This document shows positions 10,146 through 19,009 of a DNA stretch of 64,000 nt, one piece after another; within the stretch, counting starts at the first letter, position 1; every line of letters starts with the position of its first letter. The translations under genes were made by a program, and so were the position numbers. The stretch lies in contig JAYPEI010000002.1 in assembly GCA_038125665.1 (NCBI GenBank), forward strand, positions 179,311 to 243,310, read 5' to 3'. Below the pieces are notes generated by a model that saw only the letters and a program-made list of their open reading frames with translations, did not search any database and was not told the DNA's origin. This DNA is from Enterobacteriaceae bacterium. Lineage in GTDB: Bacteria > Pseudomonadota > Gammaproteobacteria > Pseudomonadales > Pseudohongiellaceae.

Positions 10146-12569
10146 ATGTCACGCACTTATGATGAACTATTTAAAGAGTTGAGCTTAATCTTAGTCCTGC
10201 AGTTGTCTTTTGCTTTTTTTATTTCTTCAAGTTTTGCTGCGACAGCAGAGGATCCCATTAATAGTGAACAGTTTACAGGGTTTTTACAAAGCTACTGTAT
10301 GGACTGCCACAACAGTGAAGATTGGGCAGGCTCTATCGCGATGGATACTTTGAACTTGAGTGATGTGAGACATGACGCTGAAATCTGGGAGAAAGCACTT
10401 GGTAGATTGCGTGGTCGATTAATGCCTCCAGTCAGTGCTGACCAGCCCGAGCAAATAGCCATTGATGCCATCATTCAGCATCTTGAAGCGAGGATTGATA
10501 CTACCAATAATGATGAATTTGTCGTCAGCCATGTGCCCATTCAACGACTGAATCGAGATGAGTTCACGGCAACTATTGAAGGGCTCATAGGTGTCAAGTT
10601 GGACCCAGAGCAAGTACTACCAACTGAAATTGAAGTCGAAGGGTTTAATAATCAAGCGGGTGCACTTATTATTTCACCCGCTTTCCTTGAGCAGTATCTG
10701 AGCGCTGTCCGAAACGCGGTCAGGCTCGCGATGGGCGAACCGGTACCAAAATTCGCTAGTACTTTTTATGCATCAGATGGGGGTACGCAACGTTCACCGG
10801 CTAATAATCAAACGATTCACCGTACTGGTATGCCTTTAGGAACTCGGGGAGGTATCAAGTTCACTCATGTATTTCCAACGGATGGCGAATATCGTTTTAA
10901 CGTGCTAGATATTGACGCGGGACTCTACCCTCGAGGTGTGGAAACTTCCGCTACACTAGTTATCTTGATTGATGACGAAGAAGTGTTGAGAAAAAAAATC
11001 GGAGGCCCAGAAGATCTTGAGTTGGCAGATCGTGATGGTCCTGAAGGTCGAGCAGCCATTATCGCTAAATTGAGTAATTTACCGGCTCTAGTGACAGCAG
11101 GTCCCCACGAAGTAGTAATTACTTATATCGAACGTTCGCGAGCTATAAGTTCAGATCTCACAGGAGGTGGTTTATTATCAAACATGCCGAGACTTCAAGA
11201 TGGCATTGAAGTGGAGGGGCCATTTCAACCATCAGGGCTGTCTATGAGTGAGAGCCGTGAAAAAATTCTCTCCTGTTTACCCAGCGAACTTGCTGAAGAA
11301 ACGGCTTGTGCAGAACAAATTATTCGAACCTTAGGAACTAAGGCGTTTCGTCGTCAAGTCACAGAGGAAGACATTGAATGGTTATTACCCTATTTTGAAG
11401 CTGGTCGTGCCGAAGCAGGTGGTTTTGACAGTGGTATTACAGAGATGGTCACAGCGATGTTGTCATCTCCCGATTTTCTTTTCAGAGCTATAAAAGGTCA
11501 GGATGCTTCTCAAGAAGCCAGCAAGCTATCTGATCTTGAGCTTGCGTCGCGGCTGTCTTTCCTTCTGTGGAGCCAAGGTCCTGATCAAGAATTAATCGAT
11601 TTGGCAGAGAAAGGCCGTCTGCATGAAGGTGTAGTCTTAGATGAACAAGTCGACAGAATGTTAGGAGATCCTCGTGCAAGTGCCTTGATAGAAAACTTTG
11701 CCTTAGCATGGTTGAATCTGGATGAGCTTGAACAGATTGAGCCGCTTGATCCGACATTTAATGATGGCATGAGGAAGAATTTTGAAACCGAAATAAGGAT
11801 GTTTCTAAGTTCTGTACTACTCGAGGATAAATCAGTAACAGAACTTTTAGATGCAAACTATACCTTTGTCAATGAGGCTTTGGCGCGTCATTACAATATC
11901 CCTGATGTTTTAGGCTCTCAATTCCGTCGAGTTGAGTTGGCTGATGAGAACCGTTGGGGATTATTGGGTAAGGGGGCTGTGTTGCTTCGTACGTCCTACG
12001 GCGATAGAACTTCTCCAGTACTCCGCGGCGCATGGGTTCTAGATCGTGTTCTAGGAACGCCCCCCACTCCGCCGCCTCCTAATGTTGAAACAGATCTTTC
12101 TATTAAAGAGGGTGAAAAGCCAACAACTGTTCGTCAGCGCCTTGAACAACATCGAGAAAATACAAGTTGTCAGTCTTGTCATGGGGCCATTGATCCACTG
12201 GGGCTGGCACTTGAGAATTTTGATGTTACTGGCAAATGGCGTTTGGTGGACGAACAAGCTAAAGAAAAAATTGACGCCTCTACTGTATTGCCGGGTGGTA
12301 AGCAAATTGAAGGGCCTGTGGCTTTGCGTGAACATCTACTGAGTCGTGCTGACCAATTTCCACAGACTATGACAAAAAGATTGATGATGTATGCTCTCAA
12401 TCGAGAAGTAGAGTTCTTTGATATGCCTGAAGTACGCCGCATTGTCGATGAGTCAAAGGAAAATGGTTGGAGCTTCGCAGCAATATTAAAGGGGGTAGTG
12501 AATAGTCCGGCCTTTAGAATGCAGGGATCTGAAGTAGAGCTCAGTCAAGTAGCTAGTAACGCTCACTAG
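10146..12569 (+). CDS. secreted multidomain heme-c protein of the planctomycete PSCyt/PSD type (DUF1587/1592/1595/1588/1585 architecture), module A
   Basis: It has a signal peptide, an N-terminal CMDCH (10296-10310) followed by GRLMPP, and a C-terminal CQSCHGAIDPLGLALENFDVTGKWR (CxxCH at 12168-12182). ATG at 10146 lies 8 nt after AGGAG. It is paralogous to 25929-28391. Confidence 0.8.
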   Translation: MSRTYDELFKELSLILVLQLSFAFFISSSFAATAEDPINSEQFTGFLQSYCMDCHNSEDWAGSIAMDTLNLSDVRHDAEIWEKALGRLRGRLMPPVSADQPEQIAIDAIIQHLEARIDTTNNDEFVVSHVPIQRLNRDEFTATIEGLIGVKLDPEQVLPTEIEVEGFNNQAGALIISPAFLEQYLSAVRNAVRLAMGEPVPKFASTFYASDGGTQRSPANNQTIHRTGMPLGTRGGIKFTHVFPTDGEYRFNVLDIDAGLYPRGVETSATLVILIDDEEVLRKKIGGPEDLELADRDGPEGRAAIIAKLSNLPALVTAGPHEVVITYIERSRAISSDLTGGGLLSNMPRLQDGIEVEGPFQPSGLSMSESREKILSCLPSELAEETACAEQIIRTLGTKAFRRQVTEEDIEWLLPYFEAGRAEAGGFDSGITEMVTAMLSSPDFLFRAIKGQDASQEASKLSDLELASRLSFLLWSQGPDQELIDLAEKGRLHEGVVLDEQVDRMLGDPRASALIENFALAWLNLDELEQIEPLDPTFNDGMRKNFETEIRMFLSSVLLEDKSVTELLDANYTFVNEALARHYNIPDVLGSQFRRVELADENRWGLLGKGAVLLRTSYGDRTSPVLRGAWVLDRVLGTPPTPPPPNVETDLSIKEGEKPTTVRQRLEQHRENTSCQSCHGAIDPLGLALENFDVTGKWRLVDEQAKEKIDASTVLPGGKQIEGPVALREHLLSRADQFPQTMTKRLMMYALNREVEFFDMPEVRRIVDESKENGWSFAAILKGVVNSPAFRMQGSEVELSQVASNAH

Positions 12570-12587
12570 AGAATAGGGGATCAAGAA

Positions 12588-13937
12588 ATGGCCAATTTTC
12601 TTACCAAAAAATATCTTTCACGCCGTACGCTGTTACGTAATGGAAGTCTAGCGCTTTCATTGCCTTTGCTTGATGCGATGATTCCAGCCTCTACTGCGTT
12701 GGCGCAGACTGCCGCCAGTCCTAAGCTGCGAGCTGGGTTCTTCTATATCCCGCATGGTGCCATAATGAATAACACACCTTTTGGTAAGGAAGTGGATGCT
12801 TGGACTTCTGAAGGTGAGGGTGAGAAATTCAAATTGGGTCATATTCTTGAACCGTTAGAGGCTTATAAGCGATATGTCACTACATTTGAAAATTTAGAAA
12901 ATAAAGCCTCTTTCGGATCAGTTCATACTATAAACCCAGCTACCTGGTTGAGTTGTGTGCGCCCGGATACTGACGCTAAAACTGCGAGTATGTCAATTAC
13001 CTTAGATCAGATTATTGCTCAGCAGCTTGGTCAGGAAACTGCGCTGCCTTCACTTGAGGTATGTTCTGAAACTACTATTCAAGTGGCTGCTTGTGGGGGA
13101 GCAGGTTGTTATTACGCATCAACGCTTTCTTACGCGGCTCCAAACTCTCCTTTACCTATGGAATTTAATCCACGCAAAATTTTTATTCAGTTATTGGGTG
13201 AAGGTGATACTGCCTTAGAGCGTGAGGCGCTCTTACAAAAAAATGCCTCAGTATTGGATATGATAGCTGATCGTACTTCTGCATTGAGTAAGCAGCTAGG
13301 TCCAGGTGACAAAGCCATTCTTTCTGATTACTTGGATAATGTTCGTGAAATAGAAAGACGAGTCGCGCTGGCGAGTGCAAGAGATCTTTCTGGTATTGAT
13401 ATTCCAGATGCGCCAGTAGGGCAGTTAGAAGACTTTGATGAACAAGTGAAATTGATGTTTGATCTTATAGCTTTAGCGTATCAGGCAGACCTCACGCGAG
13501 TGGCTTCTTATGTAATGGTCTCAGAAGGTACCAACCGTACCTATAACCATGTAGGTGTGCCTGATAGTTTCCATCCTGTATCTCATCATACGAATGACCC
13601 TGAAAGAATTCGTCGCTTAACAATCATCCAAAGATACCACATGCAGCGATTCGCCGACTTTGTCACTAAATTGGATAACACACCTGATGGAGACGGTTCT
13701 TTGTTGGATCATTCTTTGTTCCTTTATGGATCAAATATGAGTAATTCGAATCAGCACGATAACTATCCTCTTCCAGAACTTTGGATTGGTGGTGCTAATG
13801 GTCGTCATCGTGGTGGCAAAAATGTGCAATTGCCAGAGCGCACTCCACTGGCGAATCTCCATCTGACCTTCCTCGACAAGATGGGTATTGGACAGGAGAC
13901 CTTTGCCAATAGTACTGGCCTTATTGAGAAAGCCTGA
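12588..13937 (+). CDS. Tat-exported DUF1552 family protein, module A
   Basis: Twin-arginine leader LSRRTLLRNGSLALSLPLLDAM and an HxxSHH-type motif (HPVSHH). Size is 449 aa. It is paralogous to 24592-25926 and lies 18 nt after the upstream gene. Confidence 0.8.
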   Translation: MANFLTKKYLSRRTLLRNGSLALSLPLLDAMIPASTALAQTAASPKLRAGFFYIPHGAIMNNTPFGKEVDAWTSEGEGEKFKLGHILEPLEAYKRYVTTFENLENKASFGSVHTINPATWLSCVRPDTDAKTASMSITLDQIIAQQLGQETALPSLEVCSETTIQVAACGGAGCYYASTLSYAAPNSPLPMEFNPRKIFIQLLGEGDTALEREALLQKNASVLDMIADRTSALSKQLGPGDKAILSDYLDNVREIERRVALASARDLSGIDIPDAPVGQLEDFDEQVKLMFDLIALAYQADLTRVASYVMVSEGTNRTYNHVGVPDSFHPVSHHTNDPERIRRLTIIQRYHMQRFADFVTKLDNTPDGDGSLLDHSLFLYGSNMSNSNQHDNYPLPELWIGGANGRHRGGKNVQLPERTPLANLHLTFLDKMGIGQETFANSTGLIEKA

Positions 13938-13966
13938 TTTGAATTAAGATTACGAGTTGAAGAAGT

Positions 13967-14911
13967 ATGAATAAAAAAAATCGAAGAGAGATTCTGACTT
14001 TAGCGGGGCAAGGTGTTGGCCTGCTCAGTGTGGTCTCTTTGCTAGGAGGGCTGAGTAGCTGTTCGGGTTCAGCTAAACCTTTACCTATGCAGATACTGAA
14101 ACCAGGTATTACCTTAGTAACAGGTACCCCAGGTAATAGCTTGTTGGTCGAAACTATTGCTGGTCTAGCAATGGTGGACACAGCCGCTGCTGAGAGAGGG
14201 GCAGCTCTACTTGCTACTTTGGCTGGCAGCCCTGTCAATACACTTTTTAATACACACTATCATCGAGATCAAACAGGAGCTAATGCACTTATTGGTGAAA
14301 CAGGTGCTCAGATTTGTGCCCAAGAAATCACTAGACAATGGACCGCCTCAGATTACTACATACCGGCTGAGGAACGTTGGGAACACGCTTTACCTATAAT
14401 TTCTCAACCAACACGCACCTTTCGAGTGCGTGATGAACTAGTGGTGGGAGATCAGAATATTATTTGTGGCTACTTACTAGAGGCTCATACTCGGGGAGAC
14501 ATGTATGTCTATTTCAGTGAGGCGAATGTGCTAGCTGTGGGTGATGTTGCTTCTCCAGAACGAGATCCAGTTTTAGACTGGTTCGCGGGGGGCTGGCTAG
14601 GTGGTCGAGTAGATGCTATTGATGATTTACTTGAAATTGCAAACAATGAAACCCTGATAGTCCCGGCCTATGGCTCAGTAATGACCAGGGGGCAACTACA
14701 AACAGAACGTGACATGATGCAGTATTTATTCGATCGAACTACTGACATGGTTGACCATGGGTTCAGCGCTCAGGACATGCTGGAATCTGGTGTCATGGAT
14801 GAAGTCGTTCAGAAGTTTAATCGTCGTTTCAACGATAACTACCGTTTTCTTTACGATGTAGCTAAAAGTCATTGGGCCCACTACACAAATTTTGGTGGCA
14901 ACATTGTTTAA
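13967..14911 (+). CDS. MBL-fold metallo-hydrolase paralog with a degenerate metal motif and a Tat/lipoprotein-like leader, module A
   Basis: Leader NRREILTLAG...LSSCSGS. The motif NTHYHRDQTG replaces the canonical HxHxDH. AHTRGD and VGDV are conserved. It aligns with the MBL at 21733-22590. Confidence 0.7.
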   Translation: MNKKNRREILTLAGQGVGLLSVVSLLGGLSSCSGSAKPLPMQILKPGITLVTGTPGNSLLVETIAGLAMVDTAAAERGAALLATLAGSPVNTLFNTHYHRDQTGANALIGETGAQICAQEITRQWTASDYYIPAEERWEHALPIISQPTRTFRVRDELVVGDQNIICGYLLEAHTRGDMYVYFSEANVLAVGDVASPERDPVLDWFAGGWLGGRVDAIDDLLEIANNETLIVPAYGSVMTRGQLQTERDMMQYLFDRTTDMVDHGFSAQDMLESGVMDEVVQKFNRRFNDNYRFLYDVAKSHWAHYTNFGGNIV

Positions 14912-14958
14912 GTCGCCACAGCGCTTGGTGAAAAAAATATTGGGCGAGAAAATCAGTT

Positions 14959-16572
14959 ATGAGTAGAATTAAATTGACAAAAATGACCAAAAATTCGCTA
15001 ACCCTGAAAGTAGGAGTATTGGCTGTAGCCGCTGCTGTCACATGGAGTACTGGTCTATTTGCTCAAGAAACTTTGATTGATCTTGCCAAAGCGGGCAAAA
15101 CTGAGATAGTTGTTGCAGCCATCACTTCGCCCGACCTAAATCTGAACCAACAAAGTGCTGATGGCTCTACTTCATTGTTGTGGGCTACTTACAACGTTGA
15201 TTATAAAATGGTGACGGCATTATTGGAGAAAGGGGCAGACCCGAATATTGCCAATAACTTTGGTGCTTTCCCGCTTAGTGAAGCTACAAAACTAGGAGAC
15301 CTGACCTTAGTTTCCTTGCTGCTGAAAGCAGGGGCAGACCCCAATCTAAGTAATACAGATAACCAAACCGCTCTTATGTTAGCAGCCAATGTGGGTTCTG
15401 TAGAAATAGCCAATTTGTTAGTTGAGGCGGGCGCTGATGTCAATGCTATAGAGGGATTTCGTCAACAGGATGCTTTAATGTGGGCTGCTGCAAACAACCA
15501 GCCAAAAATAGTTAAGTTGTTAGTAGAGGCTGGTGCGGATGTTAATCGCAGGTCCAAAGCAGACGATTGGCCAAGACAAATGACTTCCGAGCCCAGAGCC
15601 CAGTTTCGTGATACCGGAGGCCTAACATCATTACTTTATGCTACTCGCTCGGGTTGTTTGGAGTGCGTAAAAACAATTGTGGAGGCTGGCGCTGATATTG
15701 ATAAGCCAAATCCTGATGGTGTTACCCCCTTGATCAATGCACTTGATAATAAAAAATGGGATATCGCTTGGTATCTTCTAGATAAAGGAGCAAGAAATGA
15801 CATCTGGGACATGAGTGGTCGCACACCACTATATGTGGCGGTAGACCAAAACTCTTTCCGGGCTCGTGGCTTTTTCGCAGGATTTTTTAACTACGGTAGG
15901 GGGAAGGAAAGTGCACCTAACCGCTTTACAGGAATGGATTTAATAAATCGTCTTCTCAGTGAAGGAGTTGATACTGATCACCAGTTGACTCGAATGCGCC
16001 CTAACGGTTACGGGCGAGGCCGTTTTGCGGATTACATGATGAGAGGTGGCACAGGTCCTTTGATGGTTGCCACTCTATCTTATGATATTGATGCCATGAA
16101 AGCATTGCTTGCAGCAGGTGCTGAAGTTGATCTACCGAATGTCTATCAGATTACCCCTTTAATGGCTGCAGTAGGTATGAGTGGCAATTCGCGCGGACCG
16201 GCTACTATTCCTGAAGGTGATATCCAAGCTAAGGTAATTGAAGCGATCGATTTATTATTAGATGCTGGTGCAGATATAAATAAAACAGTTGCAGATTCTC
16301 GCACTTATACCGCAAAAATGGATGCCTACATAATTGGTAGAGATCAAGAAGGAAGAACTGCTCTTTTTGCAGCGGCTGAAACAGGCTGGGATAGGGTTGT
16401 TACTAGACTTCTTGAAAGAGGAGCTGATCCAACTCTACTTGATGCTGAGGGAAAGGGTATACTGGATGCAGCCATGAATCCTGTTCGAACCGGGCCAGGC
16501 GCTAGTATGGAAATTGCTGGTGCTAATCGTGAAGTGACGATATCCCTAGTTAAAGAAGCCCTTGACCAATAA
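14959..16572 (+). CDS. secreted ankyrin-repeat protein, module A
   Basis: A Sec signal peptide (…AVTWSTGLFA/QE) is followed by about 10 or more ANK repeats, for example ALMWAAANNQPKIVKLLVEAGADVN and TPLINALDNKKWDIAWYLLDKGA. It is paralogous to 28393-30009. Confidence 0.9.
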   Translation: MSRIKLTKMTKNSLTLKVGVLAVAAAVTWSTGLFAQETLIDLAKAGKTEIVVAAITSPDLNLNQQSADGSTSLLWATYNVDYKMVTALLEKGADPNIANNFGAFPLSEATKLGDLTLVSLLLKAGADPNLSNTDNQTALMLAANVGSVEIANLLVEAGADVNAIEGFRQQDALMWAAANNQPKIVKLLVEAGADVNRRSKADDWPRQMTSEPRAQFRDTGGLTSLLYATRSGCLECVKTIVEAGADIDKPNPDGVTPLINALDNKKWDIAWYLLDKGARNDIWDMSGRTPLYVAVDQNSFRARGFFAGFFNYGRGKESAPNRFTGMDLINRLLSEGVDTDHQLTRMRPNGYGRGRFADYMMRGGTGPLMVATLSYDIDAMKALLAAGAEVDLPNVYQITPLMAAVGMSGNSRGPATIPEGDIQAKVIEAIDLLLDAGADINKTVADSRTYTAKMDAYIIGRDQEGRTALFAAAETGWDRVVTRLLERGADPTLLDAEGKGILDAAMNPVRTGPGASMEIAGANREVTISLVKEALDQ

Positions 16573-16679
16573 GGTGAGCGAAGAGGCAATGCTGGATACC
16601 AAGTTTGCACTCAAAAAAACAGATTCCTAGCTTAAGTTTGCAATGACAAAAAGCCTCTGGCTTGGGGAAACATCTCTCA

Positions 16680-18683
16680 TTAGAAACGATAACTTATTCC
16701 CAATCGTATACTCCTTGGAATAGTTGCTCTACTCATCCTGCAGTTTACTTCCGAGCAATCGATTTCTTCGCTATTCATCACATTATCGTAGCCAGACACG
16801 AAAGCAGGATAGAAGTAAGTAATTTCTTTACGATCGGTATCAAGCAGGTTTGCCAACTCGGCGTAGATTGTGAATTGCTCATGATGCCAAGCTGCTCGGA
16901 GATTGATATTAAGTAAACTCTGTGAACGATGTTGATTATCTGCTGATAGCGCGTATGGTCCAAGATAACGAGCTCGTAAAGCTAAATCCCAATTTTTTAG
17001 AGTAGCTGAAACGCCAATTTGTGCTGTCTCTTCTACTGCACCTTCGACATACACCCCTTCAGGGTTATCGACATAGCGAGCATTACTATGGGTATAAACG
17101 GCGTCTATACCCAACCAGTCTCTAGGTTGCCAGAAAGCTGTCAATTCTAGGCCTTGTCGCTTGGAGGCGCCTTTTGGCTCTACAGAATTGGCATCTCCAA
17201 TGAAGATTAGTTCACTACTTTGTTTCAACCACCACCAAGCAGTGGTGACTTTTAAATCACCAGTAGAAAAACGTGCTCCCCACTCGTAGCCTTTTCCTGG
17301 AGAGATGGCAGGAACTGGATCTTCAGTATTGATAACCCCTCTGGCGTCATTAGTGTGAAATCCTCGACCAAAGTTACTATATAGCTCCAGGTTTGCCGAT
17401 ACCAAATAAGCCACACTAATCTTTGGTGAGAATTGAATATCGCTATCTTTTCCGGTTGAGCTTAGCTCGTTGAGAGCATCTATCTCAAATTTTGTGGTGT
17501 CTCCCCTTAGACCAGTCATTACACGGAGCTTTTCTGTGGGCATCCATTCTGCGGACAGATAAGTCCCAACGAATAAATTTTTTGCACTATTGGCACTGAT
17601 AGGGTTTTGGAACAATCGTGCAAGGGTGTGCTCTACGCCTGTCAGACGAATATAGTCATAGCTTGCATTTCCACCAACAGAAACTTCAAGTTGGGGTGTT
17701 ATGAAAAGTAAATGATTAAGTGTAGCTCCGATCGAGTTCCTCTTATCGAACTGATTTATCTGGTAGTCGTAGGTGGGGTTGGAGTTCATCTTCCAGTCGT
17801 ATTGTTGTGCCCAAACTGTGGCATCAAATGTATCAGTGTTATGTGAGACCGTAGTCGTTAATCTCTGAGTGCTTCCCTTGGAGGTAGGGTCTAGACTGCA
17901 AAAAACATTCTCGCAGATCTGACTACGTAAGACTCGCTCAGGGATCTGCTCTGTAGGGTCCCAGCTGGCATTGTAGTAAGATATTGTTGAGGAAAACTCA
18001 CCAAGATGTGTCTGCCAAGAGCCCTTTCCCCATAAAGAAAGGTGATTGAGTTTTTCCTCTTTTTCCCAAGGACCATCATTATGTTTGTATTCTCCTACCC
18101 AAGTGTAATTAGCTAAGTCAGATTTGATAGTCTGGCCTCCTACTACGCGCTGCCAACCATAGTGGCCACCTTCAAGAGATACGAAATTTCTATCCAGTTT
18201 GTCGATAGTTTTTATTTTGGAGGCCCCAGCCATAGAAAAATCACCAAGTTCGGCGTAATACGGGCCCTTTCGGTAATCAATTCTTTCTACAGTCTCAGGA
18301 ATAAGGCCATTAACATCCAGATATCCTTGCCCATGCCCGTGGGTAGAGAGATTGACTGGTAGTCCATCAATAGTTACTGAGTAGTCTGTGCCATGGTCAA
18401 GATTGAAACCCCGTAAGAAATACTGGTTAGCTTTACCACTACCAGAGTGCTGGACAGCCACCATGCCAGGCATAGACTCCAGTAGCTCTGCCGTCTTGAA
18501 TAAAGGTTGAAGCAGTAGATCCGCCCCTTCAACAGAACCTTCGCTGGCTCCTTGGGAGTTCCCGATAAGGTCTTGGTTTCTACCAAAGACTAGGACCTCT
18601 TCAAGTTCACTTGGTTGGGCGAATGAGTACATGCTAAAAAATGAAAGAAACAGAAGAATTAATTTATGAGAATGTTCTTTCAA
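16680..18683 (-). CDS. TonB-dependent outer-membrane receptor (667 aa)
   Basis: It has a signal peptide, a plug region (ELEEVLVFGR, NQYFLRGFNLDHGTD), a long beta-barrel and a C-terminal ...ISYRF. Confidence 0.9.
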   Translation of the reverse strand: MKEHSHKLILLFLSFFSMYSFAQPSELEEVLVFGRNQDLIGNSQGASEGSVEGADLLLQPLFKTAELLESMPGMVAVQHSGSGKANQYFLRGFNLDHGTDYSVTIDGLPVNLSTHGHGQGYLDVNGLIPETVERIDYRKGPYYAELGDFSMAGASKIKTIDKLDRNFVSLEGGHYGWQRVVGGQTIKSDLANYTWVGEYKHNDGPWEKEEKLNHLSLWGKGSWQTHLGEFSSTISYYNASWDPTEQIPERVLRSQICENVFCSLDPTSKGSTQRLTTTVSHNTDTFDATVWAQQYDWKMNSNPTYDYQINQFDKRNSIGATLNHLLFITPQLEVSVGGNASYDYIRLTGVEHTLARLFQNPISANSAKNLFVGTYLSAEWMPTEKLRVMTGLRGDTTKFEIDALNELSSTGKDSDIQFSPKISVAYLVSANLELYSNFGRGFHTNDARGVINTEDPVPAISPGKGYEWGARFSTGDLKVTTAWWWLKQSSELIFIGDANSVEPKGASKRQGLELTAFWQPRDWLGIDAVYTHSNARYVDNPEGVYVEGAVEETAQIGVSATLKNWDLALRARYLGPYALSADNQHRSQSLLNINLRAAWHHEQFTIYAELANLLDTDRKEITYFYPAFVSGYDNVMNSEEIDCSEVNCRMSRATIPRSIRLGISYRF

Positions 18684-18882
18684 AATAACACCATCAGCCA
18701 GTTAGAATCTTGTTTAAATCATGACCGCTAAGTCATTTTTGAATAAAGCATTTAATATTGGAATCATAAAACTTTTAAGACATTTTAACTATCGTTAATT
18801 AATTTAAGCCAATGAAATTATTTAATATTTTATTTTTTTTTCGGCGTCTGGATTTCATGGAAAAAATGTGTATATTAAGTGC

Positions 18883-18900
18883 ATGACATTGTTATGTCAT
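18883..18900. repeat. perfect inverted repeat ATGACAT-tgtt-ATGTCAT in the divergent TBDR promoter region (candidate operator)
   Basis: Read directly from the sequence. It lies 110 nt upstream of the 19010 start, in an AT-rich 326-bp divergent intergenic region. Confidence 0.35.
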
Positions 18901-19009
18901 CTAAAGATGGTTCTAAAAAGAAGGAGAGAAAATTTCTAAGGGGTTAATAATCTAGCAGTTGAGGATTAAATTAACAGTATTCTAAATTTATATAATTAGG
19001 GGTAACTGA

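Noticed and set aside
16601-16642. Direct repeat aagtttgca at 16601-16609 and 16634-16642 in the convergent gap between the ankyrin and TBDR genes
   Set aside because: A 9-bp repeat is within chance expectation, and there is no associated structure or coding signal.
18684-19009. Looked for a cobalamin riboswitch or Fur box upstream of the TBDR genes, for a Moco riboswitch upstream of modA at 7300-7407, and for a Fur-like site at 31219-31260
   Set aside because: The regions are AT-rich without the GC-rich conserved riboswitch cores (no B12 box). The best Fur-box-like match was only about 11 of 19 positions. The modA upstream region is coding on the other strand.
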